DNA from: a virus
Lineage: Duplodnaviria > Caudoviricetes
DNA length: 64,000 bases
Virus record (IMG/VR): IMGVR_UViG_2857089846_000001
Coordinates: 1 to 64,000 of that record
Direction: 5' to 3' (one strand)
The notes beneath the pieces were generated by a model. It did not search any database, had not been told where the DNA came from, and worked only from the letters and a program-made list of their open reading frames with translations. Below are positions 57,187-64,000 of the stretch, one piece after another. The position numbers and the translations under genes were made by a program. The number at the start of each line of letters is the position of its first letter. Positions within the stretch are counted from its first letter, which is position 1.

Positions 57187-58392
57187 TCAGTACACGAAGG
57201 AATCGCTGCGGCGCAGGCCGAGGACGCAGGTGCCGCCGTCCGCGCTGATCTCCTCGGAGACGATGCGGTGCCACAGGTCGATGTCGCCGTACCACGGCAC
57301 GTGGACCTGGACGCGGATGTCGTCGCCGAGCTGCCAGGAACCGAACCGGGCGTTGGGGTGGTTGATGAGCTGGATCGCGGGAATCTGGATCGACCCGGTG
57401 CGGGCGTTCAGCTCCTTCATCCCGCGGGCCCGCATCGCGGCCGCGGTCTTGAGGGACTTGTCCGCGACCGTCACGACCCGCCGCAGCCGGCCCGCCTCGT
57501 AGCGGTGGACCTGGAACCGCCACATCTTCCGGCCCTCGCCCTTGCCGAGGACCATCACCTCGTTCGCGTACTCATCGCCCATACCCTCCGGCTTGGCGAT
57601 GGCCGCGATGTTCTCCCCGTCGGCGAACCGCAGGTCGTCGCGCTTGCGGCCGAGCCGGGGCCGGCCGAGCCGGATACGGGAGTCGATCTGGTTGCCCGTC
57701 CCGGTCCAGGCGTGGGTCTCGATCCAGTCGAACGGGATGCTCTGGGCGAGCTGGTCGAGTGCCTGCCCGCAGTCGGGATGGTTCCACCAGGCGAGCTCCC
57801 ACGGGTCGGAGCCGTCGGCCGCGCCGAGGAGCTCCCCCAGGTACCCGTCATCGATCGTCAAGCCGATGTTCCCGTACGGCCGCGACTGGATGTGGTTCCA
57901 GATGTTCCGGAAGGCCACGAACGCGTCGATCCGCGGCCCCCCGTACGGCTTCGGCGGCGGCGGGACCTTCTGCTTGCCCTTCTTCCCGTCCACCCAGCCG
58001 TCGTTGTTCTTGTCCTTGCCCGCGTACGGGTCCTTCGGGGTGATCAGCGGCCCGGACAGCATGTGACTCTCGTACGGGATGCCGTGCGCGTACGCGGAGA
58101 ACCCCTCGCACTGCACCATCGCCTTCGGCCCGTCGAACGAGGTCTTGGTGACGATGCCGCCCCACCGCAGAGCTCCGTCGACTTCGAGGAACAGCTTGGT
58201 GCCCCACTCCTCGATGATCGGCCTGCCGTCCGGGCCGAGGAGCCGGCTGTACTCCGGCTCGATCGCGCCGTTCATCGACCCCGGCCCGGACAGGTCCCGG
58301 CGCGGGTTCGATGACAGGGTCAGCGGCACCTCCCAGTCGAGAACCTCCTCCGGCAGCGCGCGCACGGCGATGAACCGCCAGCCCTCCGCCAT
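57187..58392 (-). CDS. Minor tail protein (Tal/hub-like)
   Basis: LRWGGIV, LRFADGENI, YANEVMVLGKGEG, LGDDIRV; position in the tail module. Confidence 0.8.
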   Translation of the reverse strand: MAEGWRFIAVRALPEEVLDWEVPLTLSSNPRRDLSGPGSMNGAIEPEYSRLLGPDGRPIIEEWGTKLFLEVDGALRWGGIVTKTSFDGPKAMVQCEGFSAYAHGIPYESHMLSGPLITPKDPYAGKDKNNDGWVDGKKGKQKVPPPPKPYGGPRIDAFVAFRNIWNHIQSRPYGNIGLTIDDGYLGELLGAADGSDPWELAWWNHPDCGQALDQLAQSIPFDWIETHAWTGTGNQIDSRIRLGRPRLGRKRDDLRFADGENIAAIAKPEGMGDEYANEVMVLGKGEGRKMWRFQVHRYEAGRLRRVVTVADKSLKTAAAMRARGMKELNARTGSIQIPAIQLINHPNARFGSWQLGDDIRVQVHVPWYGDIDLWHRIVSEEISADGGTCVLGLRRSDSFVY

Positions 58393-59378
58393 CAGAAGGT
58401 GTCCTCACGCGGGGCTTCCTCGAACTCGATGTCGAAGAACATCGTGCTGCCCGCGTCCGCAAGGAGCTGCCCCGTGTAGGCCACGGCACCGGAGCCCTCG
58501 AGGACTCCGTCCTGGACGGTCCCGCGAATCGACGCGGGAATGTCGATCTGCCCGCCCCCGACGAAGGTGTGCCGCTGCGCAGTGCCTTCCCAGTCGCAGT
58601 CGAAGTTGGTGATGAGCGTGGTGGCCGACCCGAGGCGGGCCCGGAGGTAGCCGTAGGAGTCCTTGGCGTTCTTCTGGTTCAGCCCGGACCAGGTGGCGAT
58701 GATCGTGGCCCGGGTCGCCCACGGCGGGATCTCGATGGGCCACCGGCAGCCCTGCGGGAACTCCTCCCACGCCGGCAGCTTGACGTCGCCGACCGAGTCG
58801 CCGCCGGTGCGGTGGCCGTGCATGTACCGCACCTGGCGCTGCCGCCGCGGGTTCGCCATCTCCCGCAGGTCCTTGATCATGGCCTGGGTGATGGACGACG
58901 TGTTCGCCGGGATGTCGATGCGGGCGAGGGTGATCGCCGAGAAGTTCCCGGTGACCTGCCGGACGCTCTTGGTGGTGTTCGGCACCCCGGAGATCACCCG
59001 GGTGAAGACGTACGGGCCCACCTTCGGGTCCGACGGGTTCGGCCAGGTCTCCCCGTAGCTGTACGGGTTCTCGATACGTGCCACGATCAGGTCGCTGCGG
59101 GCCGTCGAGCCGGTGCCGGGGATGTCCACGGTGTCGGTGGTGGGCAGCCGGGCGGCGTAGGCCTGGTAGGTGGAGCCCGATGCCCGGTTGAGGATCGCAC
59201 ACGCCCCCGGCATGACCTGGATCTTCGCGGCCGGTGAGGAGAGAGCCTTCACCTGCAGATCGGCTGAGCCGATGGTGCCCTCGTGACCGCCGAACGCGGC
59301 GTATCCGAGCACTCGCGCGACCTCGCTGGAGTGCTCGGCGCCCCCCTCGGTGAACCAGGGAACGGAATCCCACGGCAT
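58392..59378 (-). CDS. Minor tail/baseplate protein
   Basis: RSDLIVARIENP, LARIDIPANTSSITQAMIKDLR. Confidence 0.75.
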   Translation of the reverse strand: MPWDSVPWFTEGGAEHSSEVARVLGYAAFGGHEGTIGSADLQVKALSSPAAKIQVMPGACAILNRASGSTYQAYAARLPTTDTVDIPGTGSTARSDLIVARIENPYSYGETWPNPSDPKVGPYVFTRVISGVPNTTKSVRQVTGNFSAITLARIDIPANTSSITQAMIKDLREMANPRRQRQVRYMHGHRTGGDSVGDVKLPAWEEFPQGCRWPIEIPPWATRATIIATWSGLNQKNAKDSYGYLRARLGSATTLITNFDCDWEGTAQRHTFVGGGQIDIPASIRGTVQDGVLEGSGAVAYTGQLLADAGSTMFFDIEFEEAPREDTF

Positions 59379-59464
59379 GGCTGTACCTCCGCTGATTGGT
59401 GTTCTCAGCGGCGGACTGTCGCCTGGCCGAGGGCCTTACGTCGCGCCCTGCTTCCCCCTCCGCC

Positions 59465-60403
59465 CTACATGTAGGCGTAGGCGTCACGCCAGGCGACGGT
59501 CATGTACGCCATGCCCGTCGGGTCGGAACCGCGCAGGATGAAGTCCTGCCGGCCGACGGGCAGCCGCAGGTTCGCCAGCACCGGGGAGTCCCGGGTGACC
59601 TTCCCGGCGACGTTCGCGCCGTTCCGCAGCACGGTGCGCGCCCACGGGCGGGGGTCGATGACGACGCGCTCGCCCGCCGCGAGGTTGAGGTCGAGGCTCA
59701 CCTTCCACCGGCCGACGAGTTCGCACGCCGGCTTGGCGATCGGCCCGAAGATGGTGATGACGGGCCAGGTCGGCTTGGAGCCGCGGATGAGGACCTCGCC
59801 CGGGACCTTGCTGGAGCCCGCCCCGGTCATCGACAGCGGCGTGGTCAGCGGACCGACGAGCCCGCGGTGCGGTGCCGGGATGATGTCGATACGGATGTTC
59901 TGCTCGACGTCGTCGTACGCGGTGTCGTCCAGGCACGCGAAGGTGGCCACGACCGGGGTGTAGCCCTGGCGGGTCAACCGCGACCCGGCCGGGGCACACT
60001 TCCGCGGGCGGCCGAAGAACCGTCGCGCCCGCCCGGCCTGCATCGTCCGCAGCACTGCCGGGGTACCGAAGCGGCGGCGGACCGCCTCGCCATCCCACGC
60101 CTGCAGCATCACCGAGACCGCGTCGAGGTTCGCGCCATGGCGGCCGGCCGCGGTGGGCGCGTCGTCTACCGTGTCCACGCCCACCTCGAACGTGAGGGTC
60201 GCCGGGCCTTTCCAGTCCTGCCCGAGCCGGATGCCGTCCTCCCGCGGCATGGCGACGTCGCCGGCGTCCATATCGCCGTACGCGATCTCCACCGGCTCAA
60301 GCAGGTAGTAGCCGCTCGCGATGGTGCCGAACGTGAAGTCCGCGGCCGGGTGGATGCCGTTGGCGGCGTACTGCAGGTTCCACTCACCCTCAGCCAAAGG
60401 CAT
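59465..60403 (-). CDS. Distal tail protein (Dit-like)
   Basis: Immediately after the TMP; FGRPR, WPVITIFGP, WRDAY. Confidence 0.75.
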   Translation of the reverse strand: MPLAEGEWNLQYAANGIHPAADFTFGTIASGYYLLEPVEIAYGDMDAGDVAMPREDGIRLGQDWKGPATLTFEVGVDTVDDAPTAAGRHGANLDAVSVMLQAWDGEAVRRRFGTPAVLRTMQAGRARRFFGRPRKCAPAGSRLTRQGYTPVVATFACLDDTAYDDVEQNIRIDIIPAPHRGLVGPLTTPLSMTGAGSSKVPGEVLIRGSKPTWPVITIFGPIAKPACELVGRWKVSLDLNLAAGERVVIDPRPWARTVLRNGANVAGKVTRDSPVLANLRLPVGRQDFILRGSDPTGMAYMTVAWRDAYAYM

Positions 60404-63400
60404 GTGCGCCTCCCCGGCGGATACGGCGGAGCTCGAACATCGTCTCTCCCAGGGCCTGCGCCGGCCGCATCGGCTCGGCGGTCATGGTCAGGTTCAGGTC
60501 CCCGCCGACGAGCGCGGTGTTCCCCTGGGGAACAGCAGCGCGCGGTGCCGTGGCGGTGGAGCGTGTGCTGCGGTGGGCAGCCATGGCGCCGCCGGTCTGG
60601 TCGTGGATGCCTCCATTGGCGAACCAGGCGACCGCGCCACCGAACCGGCGGACAACCTCCTCCACGATCGCCTTGGAGCGGCCCCGCTTGGACTCGGCCA
60701 AAGGCACGTACGCCTCTCCGTGAGTCTCCGGCTCTCCAAAGACCCGCCACGAGCCGGCGGGGACGATCTGTGCGATGTGCCTCTCCGCGCGGCGAATCCC
60801 TCCGTTGGCGAACTGCTGAATCCTCTTGGCGGCCTCGGTGATGCCGCCGTTGGCGAAGTAGTCCACGACGCCGCCGTTGGCCTGCGGCACTGCCTGGATG
60901 AGGTCGGGAACACCGTTGGCGTCCCGGTCCCAAGAGGTGGCCTTGAGGTAGACGCCGATGCCGACGTTGCGGGGCGCAATGGTGTTGATCTTCCTGTTGA
61001 TGGCGTCCACGTTGGCGTTCACGGTGCCAGGAGGCGCGGTGATCTTGAGTTGCTTGGCGCCCTTCGCCCCGGGAACCGCCTCGACCTTGAAGCCAAGGTT
61101 CCGGAGTGCGGTCACCGCATCGCCGGTGAGCGCCTTCATGGTGAAGGGCTTGTCCTTGAACCTCGCGACCCGTTCGGCGACAGCTCTGAGGTCTTCGTGT
61201 GCCTTGGCAGTCTGCGCAGCGACGCTGACGGACTTGTTCGCCGGCATCGTGTTGGCCGTGTCGATGAAGGTGGTCAGGTTGGCTCTCGCGTCTTCGGTCT
61301 TCGCGATGACCTCGAACCGGCCGTCCTCCAGGTTCTTGACCTCGAAGCCGAGGGTCTCCAGCTTCTCCCGGGCGCCTTCGTCAAGCATGTTGACCGTGAT
61401 CGACTTCGGGTCTCCGAGGCCGTCGAACTGGGCCTGGATACCGGCCATGGCGACGGTGACGGCGTCCTGGCCCTCCAGCTTGAGGCCCGTCACGACACTG
61501 TCGGGAATGAGACCCATCTGGTCAGCGATCTTCTCGGCGTCCTGGGCGCCCACGCCGAGGGATCTCAGCCAGGCGACCAGCGAACCGCGGCCCTTCTCCG
61601 CTTCGATCCGCGCGGCCGCCAACTGTTCCACGAGCGGCTTGCCGGCGGCCCCGGCCTTGTCGAACGCGGCCTGCACCTTGCCGAGGGCGTCATCGGCGAG
61701 CCCTGTCGAGAGCCGGTAGATGTCCTGGCCGAGCTTAGAACTGGTGTCGAGGAGGCCGTCCTTGAGGATGGGCTTACCCTTGGCCGCGCCGGCGTTCTCC
61801 TTGGCGAACTCCCGCATCTCCAGCAGGCGGGCATTGAGCCTCTGCGTCGCTTCGGCGTACGAGCGCGTCTTGCCGGACAGGGCCTCGATGAGGCTCTTCA
61901 ACGCCGACGTACGGGATTCGGCGTCACCTGTCGAGTCAGCCAGCCTCTGAACGGCATCCCGCACCCGGTCGTATGCGGTCACGCCCTTGCGGGCGAATGC
62001 GTCCTGGAGCACACCAGTCTCTTCGAGCTCCTTGCGGGCGTCGGCCAGGCTCGTGCCGTGCTTGCCGATCGCGTCGGCCGCAGCAAGCGCCGCTTTGCCC
62101 TCCTCGGTCATTGTGCGAATGGTGGACTTGCCGCCCGCTACGTCCTTCCAGTATTCGGTGGCCTTCGCGGCAGCCCGCAGCTTCTTTTCGAGCGCGTCCA
62201 GGTCGGTGCCCTGCCCGAGGATCGCCCGGGTCAGCTGTTCCGTGCTGACGCCGGCCTTCGAGGCCGCCTTGCCCCACTCGGACTCGACAGCGAGCTTGCG
62301 AGCTTGGGCCACGACGTTGTCATCGATGGCGCCGTTGGACATGCGCAGGGCGTCAACGAGCGTCTGGACCTGCGCCCGGTGCTCGGCAGCGGCCTGCGCG
62401 GCGTCCTGCTGCCGGTCGGCGAAGGCCATGAGGGCAACGGCACCCACGCCGAGGGCGAGGCCAAGGGGACCACCGACCAGGCCCAACACTCCGGTGAGAC
62501 CGCGGGACATGACGCGAGTCGCAGCGGTCGCTCCGCGTGCGGCGCCGGCGATTCCGCCAGTCTGCTGCGAGATGCGCTGGTACACGAGTCCAGCCCGGTG
62601 CCACGCGCTGGTGACGGCTGCGATCCGCGCCGGCTGACCGGCCAGAGCGGTACCGGCTCCCGCGATGGAGGTACCCAGCGCCGTGAACATGCTGGACACG
62701 CCGCGCAGCACCTTGAGGGCGAGCAGTACGCCGAGCAAGGAGCCGAGCGCTGTTCCAAGGCCGGGGACGGCCTGGAAGGCGCTGTTGATGGCGACTGCCA
62801 GGGAGGCGAAGGCCTTCACGACGACGGCCAGGCCGAGCCCTGCCGTGGCCAGGTTCTCGAAGATGCCTGCCAGTGACGACAGCAGGCTGATCAGCTCCGG
62901 GCCCACCGTGCGGCCGAGCTGGTCGAGGAAGCTACCGACGGACGGCATGAGCTCGTAGCGGATCTGGCGCACCAGTTTCACCAGGCTCTTGTCGGTGGCC
63001 ATCTTCGCGAGTCCCTTGCCGAGATCGCCGAGCAGGCCGATGGTCTCTCGGTACACGGGGAGCGACTGGTCGAAGAAGGCCTTCATGCGCTTCTGGCCCT
63101 CTGCGGAGTTCGCCCAGGCGTTGAAGTAGCGCATCTGGAACTCAAGGCCCTTGAGCAGCGAGTTGCCGGATGCGCTCGCGGCGCGCCCCATGCCGGCCAG
63201 GCCGTGGCCGAGGTCGATGGTGGTGCGCAGCAGCTGCTTGCTCTTGTCGATGGACCGCTGCAGGAACCGGTCGATGGAGCCGTCAGCGCGGTTGGACTCG
63301 GTGGCTACGCGCAGCCAGTTCGCCCATCCCTCACCCAGCGCGGCCACCCGCTGGACCGCGGGGCCAGAGGCGACGACGAAGTCGCCGACGGCGTGGCCGA

Positions 63401-64000
63401 TGCTCTTCAGCCCGGCAATCAGGGACCCGGCGACCTTGTTGCTGGAAGCGGCGACCTGGTCGAAGTCCTTCTTGAACGAGTTGGTCTGGGCGCCTTTCGA
63501 CATGGCGCGGAGCAGGTTGCCGACCTGGCCCGCGGACGAGCCGAGTGCCGACTCAAACCGCGGGAGGATCGCGTTCGTAAGCGGCTCGACCTGGTCGGCA
63601 ATTTTGGAGAAGAGCGACTCCTGGACGCTCTTCCGCATGTCCTTCCACTTGTCGCTGACGCCGGAGATCGCCTTGACGGTCGCGCGGGCCGACTTCGACA
63701 AGCCCTTCATCGCCTGGTCGAGCTTCTTCTGCTGGGCCTCAGTCAGCTTCCCGCCGGCTGCGAGCTGGGTCTGGGCCTTGAGCGACTCCTTCAGGGCGTC
63801 GGCGAAGCCTCCGAAAGCGACCCTGGCGCCGATCGCTGCGATGCCGGCGCCGGCGATCAGGCCAGGGAGCGTGCCGAGAATGCCGACCGCGGGCGCGGCC
63901 GCGCTGGCGAGCGCGGTGAGTCCGGCACCGAGCTGCGTGACCCACGCGACGGCAGGCTGAGCGAGCGCGACGATCGCCCCGAGGAGGAGGCCACGCATCC
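60390..64000 (-). CDS. Tape measure protein (5' end outside the window)
   Basis: >1200 aa, Ala/Gly-rich helical; FANGGI repeats and FGEPETHGEAYVPL near the C-terminus. Confidence 0.9.
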   Translation of the reverse strand, partial: MRGLLLGAIVALAQPAVAWVTQLGAGLTALASAAAPAVGILGTLPGLIAGAGIAAIGARVAFGGFADALKESLKAQTQLAAGGKLTEAQQKKLDQAMKGLSKSARATVKAISGVSDKWKDMRKSVQESLFSKIADQVEPLTNAILPRFESALGSSAGQVGNLLRAMSKGAQTNSFKKDFDQVAASSNKVAGSLIAGLKSIGHAVGDFVVASGPAVQRVAALGEGWANWLRVATESNRADGSIDRFLQRSIDKSKQLLRTTIDLGHGLAGMGRAASASGNSLLKGLEFQMRYFNAWANSAEGQKRMKAFFDQSLPVYRETIGLLGDLGKGLAKMATDKSLVKLVRQIRYELMPSVGSFLDQLGRTVGPELISLLSSLAGIFENLATAGLGLAVVVKAFASLAVAINSAFQAVPGLGTALGSLLGVLLALKVLRGVSSMFTALGTSIAGAGTALAGQPARIAAVTSAWHRAGLVYQRISQQTGGIAGAARGATAATRVMSRGLTGVLGLVGGPLGLALGVGAVALMAFADRQQDAAQAAAEHRAQVQTLVDALRMSNGAIDDNVVAQARKLAVESEWGKAASKAGVSTEQLTRAILGQGTDLDALEKKLRAAAKATEYWKDVAGGKSTIRTMTEEGKAALAAADAIGKHGTSLADARKELEETGVLQDAFARKGVTAYDRVRDAVQRLADSTGDAESRTSALKSLIEALSGKTRSYAEATQRLNARLLEMREFAKENAGAAKGKPILKDGLLDTSSKLGQDIYRLSTGLADDALGKVQAAFDKAGAAGKPLVEQLAAARIEAEKGRGSLVAWLRSLGVGAQDAEKIADQMGLIPDSVVTGLKLEGQDAVTVAMAGIQAQFDGLGDPKSITVNMLDEGAREKLETLGFEVKNLEDGRFEVIAKTEDARANLTTFIDTANTMPANKSVSVAAQTAKAHEDLRAVAERVARFKDKPFTMKALTGDAVTALRNLGFKVEAVPGAKGAKQLKITAPPGTVNANVDAINRKINTIAPRNVGIGVYLKATSWDRDANGVPDLIQAVPQANGGVVDYFANGGITEAAKRIQQFANGGIRRAERHIAQIVPAGSWRVFGEPETHGEAYVPLAESKRGRSKAIVEEVVRRFGGAVAWFANGGIHDQTGGAMAAHRSTRSTATAPRAAVPQGNTALVGGDLNLTMTAEPMRPAQALGETMFELRRIRRGGAHAFG
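60518..60534. repeat. 17-bp palindrome, copy 4, inside the TMP coding sequence
   Basis: TGTTCCCCTGGGGAACA. Confidence 0.65.

Larger units (their letters stand above)
1..64000. mobile_element. Streptomyces-type temperate phage-plasmid (partial)
   Basis: Siphovirus packaging, tail and lysis genes together with plasmid-like Rep and SpdB candidates; no chromosomal housekeeping genes or integrase in the window. Confidence 0.75.

Noticed and set aside
1-64000. tRNA, rRNA, cas, integrase or transposase genes
   Set aside because: None recognised by eye; tRNAscan-SE and HMM searches would be needed to exclude divergent ones.

Overview
Very GC-rich, Streptomyces-type DNA that reads as part of a large temperate siphovirus-like phage-plasmid; this assignment is inferred from gene content, and no integrase is visible in the window. 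From left to right it holds: a terminase large subunit; a pentapeptide-repeat moron; an HNH nuclease; about 19 kb of small unknown genes diverging from a bidirectional control region at ~17.55-17.65 kb; a degenerate cas-less type I-E-like CRISPR mini-array in front of an HTH/Zn-finger gene; an XRE/HExxH/MAB_1171c/Tat-amidase cargo cassette; a plasmid-type Rep candidate; a BldN-like ECF sigma module; SSB, endolysin, TerS-like and ParB-like genes; a WhiB/HTH-initiator/DnaC module; an SpdB-like spread gene; an AAA_24 ATPase; a GGTACG repeat field; holin; and tail genes ending in a truncated tape measure protein. The most striking signals are non-coding. (1) A covarying hairpin (loop ACGAGCRA), usually followed by a CAACGCTCC box, occurs in about 8 operon leaders and is a candidate new cis-regulatory or antitermination RNA. 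(2) A 10-copy late-promoter motif links scattered packaging, lysis and tail genes. (3) A 7-copy early promoter/operator motif. (4) A dispersed 17-bp parS-like palindrome. (5) The CRISPR-like mini-array. All product calls come from motif recognition by eye; no database searches were run.
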